A DNA stretch of 63,694 nt, counting the filler, from Olpidium bornovanus S191 (Eukaryota; Fungi; Olpidiomycota), in NCBI GenBank assembly GCA_017911155.1. It is 30 parts of 30 records of this genome, joined end to end, with 100 filler letters (N's around TTAATTAATTAA, not from the genome) between each part and the next. Parts side by side here need not be neighbours in the genome. Positions count along the whole stretch, not along the records: positions 35,044 to 36,652 come from JAEFCI010003317.1; positions 36,753 to 37,799 come from JAEFCI010002838.1; positions 37,900 to 39,282 come from JAEFCI010005821.1; positions 39,383 to 41,206 come from JAEFCI010012376.1; positions 41,307 to 43,871 come from JAEFCI010002698.1; positions 43,972 to 45,858 come from JAEFCI010010996.1; positions 45,959 to 47,946 come from JAEFCI010000744.1; 23 more parts are not named here. One strand, written 5' to 3'. A program made the position numbers and the translations under genes. Shown piece after piece: positions 35,993-47,556 of the stretch (the stretch's first letter is position 1; the number at the start of each line of letters is the position of its first letter). A model generated the notes under the pieces. That model was not told where the DNA came from and made no database searches. It saw only the letters and a program-made list of their open reading frames with translations.

Positions 35993-36652
35993 TGATGACA
36001 GGGTCGATGAGGTCTCACGGGATTTTGAAGCTTGGTGTGCTGGCGGATCAGCTGGGTAGAACACGTTCTGACCCCTGCGTGATCTCGCGCCGGTCTACTT
36101 CACGTTTCTGTTCTCAGAGGGTTTCGAGTTGTGTGTATTCAGTGGAGAGGCGGCACAGGAGGCGGTGCTTGATTACAATCCCCCCCCCCAAACGCGGAAA
36201 TTTGTCAAATTATTTAGAAGAAGAAATTATGCAAAAAGTAACCATTCCGCGTGCGGAAATTGGAAATCGCGCCGAAAAATATCAAAGGTGTTCCAGACTT
36301 GAGCGGGGCCGGAGAGAGGAATAAACCTGCGTTGAGAGGGCCTTTGTCATAATGTCGGCAATCGTCTCCGCCGGTGGGGTAGGGATCAGTTCGATAAGAC
36401 CATCGTTGATACTTTCCTTGACGAAAGCGAGACGAATAGCAATGTGTCTGGTCTTATTGGAAAAGTAACCGGTTTGAAGCAAAGCGATTGCTGACTGGTT
36501 GTCCTGCTGGATGGGAGTGGGTCCTTGGGGGAAAGAAAGCTTGTTGAGTAGTTGGCGGATATGAACAATATCCGGAAGAGCTTCTGATAGAGCCGCGCAC
36601 TGGGCGATGGTTGTCGAGGCCGCTGGAGTAGATTGGCGTTTGGCACGCCATG
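35993..36652 (-). mobile_element. Ty1/copia 3' end: RNase H, polypurine tract and probable 3' LTR
   Basis: Minus frame 36652-36282 reads WRAKRQST.A.STT.AQCAAL...DNQSAI.L...KTRHI.IRL.FVKE.I.DG.IEL...P..E.IADIMTKAL. A G10-A polypurine tract (36189-36179) is followed by TGTAATC (36177) and a candidate end ...TCATCA (35993). Confidence 0.85.
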
Positions 36653-38049
36653 NNNNNNNNNNNNNNNNNNNNNNNNNNNNNNNNNNNNNNNNNNNNTTAA
36701 TTAATTAANNNNNNNNNNNNNNNNNNNNNNNNNNNNNNNNNNNNNNNNNNNNAAGCAGCTCGGGGCTGCGGTTCTGAAGAGAACGCAGGTACAGGCACGT
36801 CCCCGTGAGGAAATCTCTGGGTTGGCCGACGTCCACCGAGAACCCTTTGCAAACCGAAGCAGTGAAGCTGTTTCTGCTCGGCCACGGCGGGGAAAACCTC
36901 GTTCTCGATTGACGTAAGCTCCGGCTGAGCGAGGGAACGGTTCTCGAACAGTTTCGGCGGCTAGGCCGATTTCTCGCGCGTACCCTCGCGCTTCGGGAAT
37001 CAAGATCCCCGACGGGAGCCCCTCGGAGATCGGTGGCGCGACGAATAACGGTCTTTAACCCCCTCAAGGACCTCGGGACCGGTCACGGCAAACGCATCGC
37101 GATCGTCGACATCGGCGGTGGGACATTCGGCTTTTCTCTTCGCCAAGGCACGCTGGGTGCCAAACCCGCGGCCGTCTCGCTTTCGTCTTCCAAGAACGCC
37201 GATGCCGAACCGGAGGGGGTGGAGGTAGGGTTTTTCCACCTTTGTATTTATTAATCTGTCCGATAATGAAGGGGCGCCACCAAGTGCTTCCAAGAATACT
37301 TCAGACTTTTGGGCGGGTTAACCCTCTGCGCAGAAAAGGGGCGGTGGGAGGCCGGTTATTTTGGAGAACGGCGCCTCCGGGCGCGCGCAGGAGCGGAAGG
37401 CGCTTGCGACGTTTCGCCCCGTACCAGCGCGGGGCCCAACGGTCCGCGGAGCACATGGCGGAGCAAGAGCAGGCAGCATAACAGCCATATAGAACGCGGT
37501 CACCCTCGTCACATCTGCATTAGGGTTAGGGTTTAAAGCGACGCTATCACAGAATACCTTCCCCCTAACCCAGCCTGATCACCCCTTTTCGTACACGTTT
37601 ATCCAAAGAAGGCGATGTACAATACCTCGTCGCGGCAGAAGCTCCCAGTTTGTCATGCTGCTAGTGGAGTGGGGTGGGGTGGGTTGAAAGGGAATACAAT
37701 CATAACCAGTAGATGTGCATCATCCCGCGACCGTCGCTTCCAATCATATCAAACGTTAAAATGCGTCCCTGGCCTGCCATGCAAGCGGTGGCTTCAGATN
37801 NNNNNNNNNNNNNNNNNNNNNNNNNNNNNNNNNNNNNNNNNNNTTAATTAATTAANNNNNNNNNNNNNNNNNNNNNNNNNNNNNNNNNNNNNNNNNNNNA
37901 CATGAGGCTTGTGTGCTGGACGAGGACCACGGAAGCTTGGTGGCCGCGTAGCAGACGCCCACAAATCCGCCAACGCATCTGTGACAGAAACGTGCGTTAG
38001 CGTCTGGACCGACACGCGGGCTGGACAAGGTAGGATTTCTTCAAGTCTA

Positions 38050-38787
38050 TTAGCCGCTCTGCGCCTCTGACCTTAGGACATTCGACCAGCTACGCTGCAT
38101 CTGGTGTAATCGCCGCAAAATGACAAGGTCCGCTAGCGTGTAGGCCGTGCCTACGACTGTGGCACCCAGCCCACACCAATGTGGTATCGAGTCCCAGGAG
38201 AAGCGGCGATGAATGAGGTGAGAGAGAAGCGAGACGGCGAGCAGCACCGGCTGACCACTGACGGTTTCGGCCGCTTCGGCCTCGAGAATGTTCCAGCCAG
38301 CGTCCGCGCCTTCTTGTTTCGCGGTAGACTCTGCGCCACGCAGCACTGTTTCCTTGCCGCGGGGATCGGCCGACGAGAGAAGGATCTGCTGCAGCTGCAC
38401 CAGCTGGCGTATGATGAGCACCGATATGAAGTATCCTGTCACGAAGAGGATCGCCGCGCGCGTAAAATAATGCGCAAGCAGGGACACGGCCGAAGCCAGC
38501 CACGTCGCCGCGAAGTAAATGCCGTTGCGGCTTGGTCGAGCTCCAGACCATTTCGTGCCCACTGCCTTTGCGGTCGCCGGCGCAGGCGCCGGCCGACGGC
38601 GGCAGTCGAGGCTAATTGTTCGGTCATAACACTCTTTGTCGTCATCCTCGTCCTCCTCGCGAACGCGTTCGCGCATCACCCAGGCGGGACCGGTTGCGGC
38701 GCCCGCCGCTTTCGGTTGATGCCGGAGAGCTCTCTTCCGTTGCGGTCGCGCGGCAGCCCCGCCTGCGCGGTTCGCGGCGCTGTCCAT
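38050..38787 (-). CDS. Hypothetical multi-pass membrane protein (245 aa, single exon)
   Basis: ATG 38787 to TAA 38050, open. Three to four hydrophobic segments (IYFAATWLASAVSLL; AILFVTGYFISVLII; VLLAVSLL; WCGLGATVVGTAYTLADLVIL). Confidence 0.6.
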   Translation of the reverse strand: MDSAANRAGGAAARPQRKRALRHQPKAAGAATGPAWVMRERVREEDEDDDKECYDRTISLDCRRRPAPAPATAKAVGTKWSGARPSRNGIYFAATWLASAVSLLAHYFTRAAILFVTGYFISVLIIRQLVQLQQILLSSADPRGKETVLRGAESTAKQEGADAGWNILEAEAAETVSGQPVLLAVSLLSHLIHRRFSWDSIPHWCGLGATVVGTAYTLADLVILRRLHQMQRSWSNVLRSEAQSG

Positions 38788-39191
38788 CGAAGCTGGTCTC
38801 TGGGTGGGAAACGGGCGATCTGGCCGGCAGCAAAAGACAAGCGGGTGCGGGCGCAACCGGAGCCCGGTGGGCCGGCGACGGCGGCGGTCCGGCGTGCAAA
38901 CGCCCGTTCCAGGAGCGGCCGCACGCTCGGGCCCGCCTGGACGCGAGCGGCGGTCCGCGCCGGAAGAGACAACGCGGCGAACGGGGCCGGCAGCCGACGG
39001 GGTGCCAAGTGGCGTGGGCGGACTGGCTTCGCCCAGCTCGACGGGGTCCTGCGAGGCAAAAGAGAAAAAAAAAAAAAAAAAAAAAAAAAAATTAAAAAAC
39101 CGACCTCTTTCCCTATCTTTCTCACACCGGCCAAAAAAGAAAAAAGAAAAAAAAAAAAAAGATTCCCTCATGCGGCGCGGCGCACCCCACA

Positions 39192-39257
39192 TCACGTGAC
39201 CAAGGGGTATTGGCACGCGCGCTTCCCCCCCCCCGCGTCTCGATTGGGTCACGTGAC
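39192..39257. promoter_or_regulatory. Pair of TCACGTGA E-box (Cbf1-type bHLH) sites upstream of the membrane protein gene
   Basis: ATCACGTGAC at 39191 and GTCACGTGAC at 39248, ~400-470 nt upstream of ATG 38787. Confidence 0.3.
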
Positions 39258-39795
39258 AACACGGCATTTGGCAAGCGACGAANNNNNNNNNNNNNNNNNN
39301 NNNNNNNNNNNNNNNNNNNNNNNNNNTTAATTAATTAANNNNNNNNNNNNNNNNNNNNNNNNNNNNNNNNNNNNNNNNNNNNGGCGCGGTGGTGTGGGGG
39401 CGGAGTGGGCGATCCCCGCCCAAAAATTTTTCTTCAAGGGGGGAAAAAAAATAAAAAGATCGAAAGTGAGGCAAAAAAAAACGACATATTGGCGTTTCGC
39501 ATGAAATCCCTCGGGGATGGGCTTATTTTCCGAAAGGCGGGGTGGGGGCCGCGGGCGCGGCCGATCCCCGAAGTGGGGCAGAGGGCGTGGCCTTAAAAGC
39601 CGCGCCCCTCTAGGAAAACGGTTTCTTTTTGATTTTTCTCCTTCTTTTTTCTTTTTCCGCCGTCTCTTCTCAGGCAATCCTCGCCCGTTCTTCATTCTTC
39701 TTCTTCTTCTCGGCTCCCCGAACCCGGCCCCGTTCCCCCCCCCCCCACCCCCCCCCCCCCCCCAAAAAAAAAAAAAAAAAAAAAAAAAAAGACAA

Positions 39796-40686
39796 ATGCG
39801 CCCGTCAGCAGTATTCGTCGCCGGCGCGGCGTGCGTACTCGGCAGCGCGCTGTCGGCCCGCGCAGGGATCGCCTTCACCCAGCCGATCACCGGGGGCACG
39901 TACGACGTGGGAACGCAGCTGATCGTGGCGTGGACGTACTCGGACGCGAACTTCACGAAGCCCAACACGCTGACCGCAATCCTGTACCTGGAGAAGGGCA
40001 AGGACGCCAACTCGATGGAGATAGTGGACGTCATCGAGGTACGGCTTCTGTCGATTTTTTTGTGCAACTGCGGGATGTTTAACATAAATCAAGAACAAAA
40101 ATTCAAAAAAGTGGCAAATGCACACGGAATCTCCCTTGACATTAAAATCTCCTAAACCCAAAAAATAAACCACCCATAGAACTTGAACAATTCGGCCGTC
40201 AAGAAGGGCAATTACGTGTGGTCGATCCCGACAAAATATTCCAGCGACAACGGCTACGCTCTGCGGATGGTTGTCGAGAACCTGATTTCCCACACCCCCG
40301 TAAGAATCGGATGATTTTTTTTTTCTATTTGTTCATTCTTTTTGTTCTCCCGACGCCCGGGCGCTTTTTTGCGAAAAGCGTCCAGCCCACGAAAAGAAAA
40401 AAAAGAGAGAGCAAACAAAAAAGACACCCGGACCTCACTCTCGTCCCTCTTTTTTTTATTTCACGTCGGAAAAAAAAAGGTTTTCTCGCTCAACAACCCG
40501 TCGAGCCCCCTGGTGAACTCGCCGTCGAGCACATCGACCGCCGACGCCGCTGCGTCCCCGTCCCCGGCCGGCAAGACCTCGGACTCGGGAACCGCCGGGG
40601 TGTTTGCCAGCCTGAGCGCCGCCACGCTGTTCTTCGCGGGCGTCCTCGGCACCGTCGTGGCCAACGCGGCGGGCCGCTTCCTTTAG
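39796..40686 (+). CDS. Secreted Ser/Thr-rich GPI-anchored cell-wall protein (Kre9/Knh1-like N-terminal domain)
   Basis: join(39796-40038, 40180-40299, 40481-40686). Signal peptide, then I.FT.PI.G.TY.VG....VAW and G.YVWSIP, a S/T/P linker and a hydrophobic C-terminal GPI-like tail. Confidence 0.85.
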
Positions 40687-41038
40687 AGCTCTTTGCGAAA
40701 GCCGCCCGAAACACCAGTTTCCCCTCCCTCCCCTCCTCCCAAGGGGGGGGCCAGACATCTGTTCTCGTCCTTGAAAAATTCATTGTTATTTTTTTTTTTT
40801 TTCTCTTGTTTTCATATACTTTTTCCGGGAGAGTTCTTTTTTTTTCCCCCGAGAAGAGAAGGAGCGTGTTGGTCGGAAAGGAGAGGCCGGAGAAAAGAGG
40901 GGAAAAAAAAAAAAAAAAAAAAAAAAAAATTCGCGAGAGGGAGAAAGAAACAAAGGCACACACACACACACACACACAGGCAACACTCACAGAGCGAAAA
41001 AAAGCGGAACGTTTTCTTCTCGAAGCGGATCGACGGAA

Positions 41039-41078
<40 letters not shown>

Positions 41079-41306
41079 CCCAGGGCCCCCCCCCCGCCGG
41101 CCCCCCCCGCCAATTCGGCGGGAAACGAACTTAGAAAAATTCACCCTCACCCCCACCGGTGCCCCGCTCTGTGCCTTCTGGAGGTCAGACAGCGTCGTGC
41201 CCGCCANNNNNNNNNNNNNNNNNNNNNNNNNNNNNNNNNNNNNNNNNNNNTTAATTAATTAANNNNNNNNNNNNNNNNNNNNNNNNNNNNNNNNNNNNNN
41301 NNNNNN

Positions 41307-41786
41307 AACAAGCACTTTGGGACCGTCGACAACTCCAGTCGGAACAATCGAGTATGCAGCACCGGAACAAGATGGGAGACAATTATATGACTACGCCGCG
41401 GACGTATACTCGTTTGGGGCTTGCATGGTTGAGCTTGTGACCCATCCCCCTGGCTTCCGGTCGATCTCGGACCGTGCCGACAAACTGCGGGCGGCAGGGT
41501 ACGAGCCGAGGCAATGGGACGAGTTCGTTGAAGTGAAGCGGCAGACAGTTCTTCGGAGCCCGAGCTTGCCAGAGAACCCTGTATGATCCAATGCGGCGGT
41601 GTGGGACACCCACTTGGCCAGTTACTGATGCTGTTCCCCTTGTAGCACTTGCTCAACTATGCCAGTCTCAACAACCTTTTCGGGAGATGTGTGGCGCCGC
41701 AAGCTGATGTTCGGCCGACTATCAGCGAAGTTGTTCATTCATTGGAAGAGCTACTGAAATGGTTGGTATCATTCGTGTTCGTTTAA
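41307..41786 (+). CDS. Ser/Thr (TKL-like) protein kinase C-lobe, last two exons
   Basis: VGTIEYAAPE (VIII) and AADVYSFGACMVEL (IX), then a phase-0 intron 41533-41645, then LFGRCVAPQADVRPTISEVVHSLEEL (XI). Confidence 0.85.
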
Positions 41787-42451
41787 AGATGCTTTTGCGG
41801 ATCGTCTGATCTCTTGTGTGCATTGGCAGCTTGTAACAACCTCAGACTGCCATGAATTCAGGAGCGAATGTTCCCAGTAGGGGTGGCAGCATTTCCATCT
41901 GTTTCGGCCTATATCCCTTTTCTTTCCATATTTGATCCCCTTCAATCATTTCTTTCCATATCCGATCCCCTTTAATCTACAACGGGCGTAATAGTTCTCC
42001 TTTCGATTCTTTGTTGTTTTTGACCTACACCAAGCGTGATGTTTCTCCATTCAGTTTTCCATCTGATCCGGACTGCACTTTCTCTTATTCCGTCTTTTTT
42101 TCGGCTTTCACCAGGCACGTTTCTCCTGTTGACTTTTGTGTTTCGGCCTGCACCTGTCATTTCATTATTGCTTCCATACCTGGTCACCTTCACCAGACAT
42201 GAATGTTTCTCCTGTCGACTTTTGGCCTGCACCCGTCTGCGGGGGTACCGTATAGTAAATATAACGCAGCACCAAAAAAAAAAAAAAAAAAAAAAAAAAA
42301 AGAAGGCAGAAAGAGGAAGGAGCGGCGGCCCGTTGCGCCAAGCGCCCCCCTCCGCCCCTCCGCCCCTCCTTCCCCTTCACCCCCTTTTCCCCCCCGTCCC
42401 CCGCTTCCCACACGCAACACCCACAACCCTGCCGCGAACGAAAGAGAGAGA

Positions 42452-42502
42452 GAGAGAAAAAGACAGAGAGAGAGAGTCTCGAATAAGACTTTTCGTTCCT
42501 CG

Positions 42503-42544
<42 letters not shown>

Positions 42545-42650
42545 TCCGTCCGCGCGTGCGTGACTTGTCGCCCCACAGCCCGTGCGCGGCAGAAGAGGCC
42601 GCAAGAGAGAAAGAGAGAGAGAGAGAGAGACAGAGACCAGAGACAGAGAG
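42452..42650. repeat. (GA)n/(CT)n microsatellites in the hydrolase 5' region
   Basis: (GA)n at ~42452-42478 and ~42605-42650; (CT)n at ~42505-42538. Confidence 0.9.
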
Positions 42651-42693
42651 CGCGCCGCATCCAGCCGCAAGTCTCCGGGCGTGTGACCCCGTC

Positions 42694-43673
42694 ATGCCGC
42701 CCGCTGCAGCGTGCGGCACCACGCAGGACAGTGCCGCCGACGTGGCGGTCCCCAACGCGCCCCTCGCCGCCGCCGCCGCGACCCGCGCCCCCTCGTCCGC
42801 CGCCTCGTGTAAACAGCGTCACGTCGAAGTGGGGAACGTTAACGGCGCCCCCGTCAGGTTGTACTTCGAGCTTCTCGGGGCTGGCTGCAACAAGGTCCTT
42901 TTTATACCTGGTGTGTCGCTACCCGCCCTTCCCACGAGTTGCCTGACTTCCGGAGGGAGGGAGCCCGTTCCCGTCCTTTCCCACCCCCCCCCCCCCCCCC
43001 CCCTCCCCCCCCCCCCCCCCCCCAGCGATTCTCCCCGCAACGGCGTATCTGGATCGCCGTGTTTCGTTGTGCTCGCGGCGTCGCCCTAATCTTCGCTTCG
43101 ACGGATTTTCGCGAAAAGGCCTGCACACCGTGGGCGCGGCACTTGAGGAACAGGTGGCTTACTTCGCGAACAGGCCGGAGTATCAAAGCCTGTTTTTTGG
43201 TATGGCCATTTTCCCAGCTCGTCGCATTTTCACTACTACCTCCCGCGTGCGTGCGAAAACTAATAACGCTCCTCTGGCATCTTTCCAACTTCCGTCCCAC
43301 AGATCATCGCTTGATCGGCCGGAGCACAGGTCCTGCCAAGGCGGCTGTGGGGTACGCCGTCTCTTTAGCGTTACGCCGGAGGGACATCCCGGGGCCGTTT
43401 TGCCCGCTTTTCTTTGACTTTTCCGGCCCGCTCAGCCTGGAGCAGTACACGTCGGATGTAGAAACGCTGCTCGACGAAGTCCGGTGGCCCGCCAGCCAGA
43501 CGCACGTTGTGGGCTTCGGCACCGGGGCGCTCGTCGCGCTGGAGTTGGCTTATCGCGTGGACAAGTTACGGTCGCTCACGCTGGTGAACGCCAGCGGCGG
43601 GGGAAAGATGCTGCCCCTGGAGGGCGTCAAGTTATATGCGCAACTGAAACTGACGCACGACGAATGCAAAAGG
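42694..43673 (+). CDS. Alpha/beta-hydrolase fold protein (3'-partial), nucleophile elbow GFGTG
   Basis: VRLYFELLGAGCNKVLFIPG, DHRLIGRS.GP, SLEQYTSDVETLLDEV.W, HVVGFGTGALVALELA and LRSLTLVN. Confidence 0.8.
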
Positions 43674-44249
43674 GTACGGTTCTAGTAATTTCGCCGGTTT
43701 CTAATGTGAGCGGTGGCTTTTCGCTTGCAGTCGGTTAAACAACTTTGGTCGACATGTAGGTGAAGATCCTCTGCCGACTTCTGTATTCAAAGGTTAACGA
43801 ATTTGCATTAAAAGAGCGAACTTGGCGCCTGGGGGGGGGAACGGGGCTCACATTAGCGTCATCCTTTAGAANNNNNNNNNNNNNNNNNNNNNNNNNNNNN
43901 NNNNNNNNNNNNNNNTTAATTAATTAANNNNNNNNNNNNNNNNNNNNNNNNNNNNNNNNNNNNNNNNNNNNCATGCAACTGCTCTTTTTCGGAAATGGCT
44001 GGGTGGGGGGAAAGGGGACGGGGGCGGGGGTTTTCCGCCGCTCTGCCGTCCGCGCCTCCCGTTCCGCTCGCCCCGTTCGCTCCTCCGCCGCCCCCCCGCC
44101 TGTGTGCCTCGCCCCGCGCGCACGACCACCTGCCCAGGTCACCCCGCCGACTCGCCGTGTTGTGCAGCATTGCAACCCCCCGCGCGCGGCTTCCGCATCG
44201 AAAAACTGCCGCCTGCGCCCGCCCAGCAGCGAAGACGCGCATTTCTCAA

Positions 44250-45419
44250 ATGGCAGATTTTCAGGCGCGCGTAAACAGGTACCTGGTGAACCTCGGCGAC
44301 GCGCCCGACGGAGCTGTCGCAGTCGGTGCGTGGCATGAGAAGGGCGCCCTCTCGCCCCTCCCAACACCTTTCTGGAGCGGCAGCTAGGCGCCGAACGGAG
44401 TCCGGCGGTGGTGGTCGCTGACGAGCGAGTCTTGGCCCCTAACCACTTGTCTTATCCGTCCCAGACGGGAGGTCCAAGGCCGCTGGGGCTCCCTCTTCGG
44501 CAGGCTGGTCTCCCGCGGTGATAAAATGCTCCACTTGCGAACAGACGGGTACCGCCGCTGCACATTCGCCGCTTGCCACCTTGGACTGTCCCAGCTAACA
44601 GTCATCCTGGCGCAGTCTACCCGATGGAAAAGATTCTTATCGACGGCAGGTCGTACCACAAGCCGTGCTTCAAATGCAGCCTTTGCAACAATGTTCTCGG
44701 CGTCGGGAACTACGCCTCGTACGAAGGAAAGGCCTTCTGTGAACGTACGGTAGCGCGTGCTTCCGCGGGCGGTTTCAGCACGTTGCCTTGTCACCGCTGA
44801 AACCAATGCTATTCTCTTAGCCCACTACAAGCAGCTTTTCGCTCTGAAGGGCAATTGTGAGTTTTGCCAGACGGCCGCAAGGCCGACGACGGCTCTCGGC
44901 CATACTGATCGCCGTTGTTGTAACGTGACGCCTGTTTGATATTGCCCAGTCCAGGAAGTTGTCAGCGCCGAACCCCCCAAGTCGAGGCGCGGCAGCGAAT
45001 CGCGGTTTGCTACGGGCCCACCATCGCGGTCAGGTAGTGAGTCCGGGATGACTTCCACGACGGGGCAACAAGCGAAGACGGACAATTTGAACACGACGGC
45101 TGCCGGTGCGTTGGCCGCGAAGCTCGAGGACCTCGCCCTGAAGAGCTCTGCTAGTGTTTCTGAGCGCGACGAGCCGGACCGGCAACATAGTCCGCCGAGT
45201 GCTTCGCCCTCAACGGGCCCGCCACCTGCCGAGGACCATTCATCACCGACCCGGTATAGCGACGAAAATCCACTCGTCTCGGAGGGCTTGTCATCAGACA
45301 CTTCGGCGCCGTCTGTCCTGCCCCGTTTACCGGCCGATGCCACGGCGCCGGGAGAGGCCAGAAACGAAGCTGGGCGTGGAACCCTTGTCGACGAAACGGA
45401 ACAAACAGAAACTGTTTAA
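44250..45419 (+). CDS. LIM-domain protein (LIMD2/EPLIN-like LIM) with disordered tail
   Basis: Spliced KCSTCEQT|VYPMEKILIDGRSYHKPCFKCSLCNNVLGVGNYASYEGKAFCE|PHYKQLFALKGN. A CTAAC branch point precedes the acceptor at 44615. Start codon uncertain. Confidence 0.82.
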
Positions 45420-46290
45420 TTACCCACAACTTATCTCGCCGTGCCTAGTGACTCGTCACCGTCTATGTGCCCGAGGGACGACGAGGAAAACCAAAATTCC
45501 CGCCTAGCGGTCGCGCTTTTTCAAGTTTTGAAGAGCAAATCGCAGCTCGCTAAATTGATTTTCTACCGAAAAGTAATACAGAATCCTGAACGTTCGCGTA
45601 TGGGCAGAACTATGAGCCGCATGGCCTTACGTTTAGGGAAGTTTGATACCGGCTTTCGAGAAGGACCGACTGGTCGGGTGAGGATCATGGGGCGAACAGG
45701 CTCTCGGCGGCATGGTTGTGCCGAACGTGGGTGATCCGCATGACCCTGACGAGCACGTCGTGATAACTGTTGGCAGAAAAGGTGTTTTGTGTGGAAACGG
45801 TGGCTGGAAATTGTGCAGGTGGCGCGTTTCTGTGAACGCGTCCCTCACCGTGTTCAGANNNNNNNNNNNNNNNNNNNNNNNNNNNNNNNNNNNNNNNNNN
45901 NNTTAATTAATTAANNNNNNNNNNNNNNNNNNNNNNNNNNNNNNNNNNNNNNNNNNNNCATGACGTGGATTGGGACGTCTATGAACAATCTGCCCTCACG
46001 CACCGATCGTACGGAATAAAGAGCGGATTGCGGTTTGTGCGCGCCGATCGCGCGGGGATCATCCAACGTCTTTCCGTCGTCGACGCCGGGCTCCGCAAAA
46101 ACCTTGCCGACAACTTGTCAAAGTCCAGACTTCCGAGTTCGCCTTTTAAGGATTGTGTCCGCGCGTGTCCGCCCAGGTTTTCTCGGCAAGCGTCCCGCGT
46201 GCACATTGAAAAGAGTTCGGCGGTTCTTCGCAAAGCAGGAGAGACCGGGGCACCAAAAAGAAAAACGGACGTTTGTCGTCGCAGTCACCC

Positions 46291-47556
46291 CTACACTTCT
46301 GCAGTTTGCGGCGCGTGCGCGTTTGTCAAACCTATGCCGGTGCAGATGATGATGTTCCTACTTCCGCCGGCGGGCTCGACGGTAAAGCGGGCCTCGGTCA
46401 TCTTCTCCGACACGTATATACCGCCCCGCGTATGAGGCGTGAGCGGTCCGGTGAGCACCTTAGAGACGCCGTCCGCTAGCGCCATCAGGTAGATCAGCTG
46501 GTCTTGCAGGTACTCGTCCACGCAGCCGCCTTGGTCCCAGTTTCGAATGAGTTGCTCTGCTGCGGTAAGCCCGATCGCGGAATACGCGGCCTCGTCTTCC
46601 AGCCCTCCAGCTCCGGAAGACACGGAGAATCCTGCCATGACGACCTGCGACGTCGTTTCCAGCCAGAGGAAGGCGCTGATGCCGTCCATGTCGCCCCGGC
46701 AGTTTGTATCCCGGACCAAATCGATCATAACGTCCGCAGACGGGAGGGCGGTGCGGTCCGCCGGATTTCCGTGTGCGGAAGGCGGCGGCGGCGACTGCGC
46801 CCGGGCGAATCGCTCGGATATCGCCCTCAGCGCTTCTTTCCTCGCCGCCTCGGCGGCGCGCTTGGAAGCCTTGCGAGAGTAAAAAACGCGTCCCCGTATG
46901 CGTTCAGGGCGGCCACGGTCCAGCAGCTCCAGCGCCGGCAGCGATCTGAGGGGATAGACCGTCATTTTCGCGGCGCCCCCGTCGCGGATGCCGACCACGC
47001 GCTTCAGCACCTCCACCTCGGCGAGTTTCGGGACCGCCGCCGCCGCCGCCGCCCCGCCGGACCGCGGCCGCCGCGTTGCGGCGCGGATCACCTTGAGAAA
47101 CACCTCGGAGACGTAGTCGACGGGCGGGGCGTTGCTCGCGTCGGTGCACCCGAGGTACGTAACGGTCGTGGAATCGGCCGTCGGGGCGAAGAGCAGGGGC
47201 ACCAGGGCGGCATGAAAAACCAGCGTGATGGCGCCGGGGTTAACGTCAACGACGTAGTGGCGTTGGCCGCGGCCGCAGCCGCGGCCCGGCTCCGGCGGAG
47301 CGGGGCAGTCCCATGCGCGGAAAACGACCTCTTGGCTACCGACCTCGGCGCCCTCGATAGAGGCGGCGGGGCAAAGCTGCAGGACGTGGTCCAGGCATGC
47401 GACGTGAGGTGGGCGGAGGCCCGGCGGGTTTCTCTGCGACCTGAAGCGGGTGATGGTAACGGGCCGACGCAGGACGCATGAGAAGGAGATGGCGTTTCGC
47501 AGCAGCTGGCCACCTCCGTCGTGGATGCTGCTGTCGATGACAACCATGGGTGGCAT
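46291..47556 (-). CDS. RTCA: RNA 3'-terminal phosphate cyclase (RtcA type), intronless, 421 aa
   Basis: DGGGQLLRNA, R..R..PGLRP.H, G.ITL, APPVDY and GCVDEYLQDQLIYLMALADGVS.V.TGPLT.HT with the catalytic His retained (RtcA rather than Rcl1). Confidence 0.92.
   Translation of the reverse strand: MPPMVVIDSSIHDGGGQLLRNAISFSCVLRRPVTITRFRSQRNPPGLRPPHVACLDHVLQLCPAASIEGAEVGSQEVVFRAWDCPAPPEPGRGCGRGQRHYVVDVNPGAITLVFHAALVPLLFAPTADSTTVTYLGCTDASNAPPVDYVSEVFLKVIRAATRRPRSGGAAAAAAVPKLAEVEVLKRVVGIRDGGAAKMTVYPLRSLPALELLDRGRPERIRGRVFYSRKASKRAAEAARKEALRAISERFARAQSPPPPSAHGNPADRTALPSADVMIDLVRDTNCRGDMDGISAFLWLETTSQVVMAGFSVSSGAGGLEDEAAYSAIGLTAAEQLIRNWDQGGCVDEYLQDQLIYLMALADGVSKVLTGPLTPHTRGGIYVSEKMTEARFTVEPAGGSRNIIICTGIGLTNAHAPQTAEV

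Noticed and set aside
37033-37254. IVDIGGGTFGF resembling the Hsp70/actin-fold phosphate-2 motif
   Set aside because: Flanking Hsp70 motifs are absent, upstream stops are in frame, and the opposite strand is also open; likely coincidence.
37520-37571. TTAGGG x2 and an inverted CCCTAACCC (telomere-like)
   Set aside because: Only two units, internal to the contig; not distinguishable from chance.
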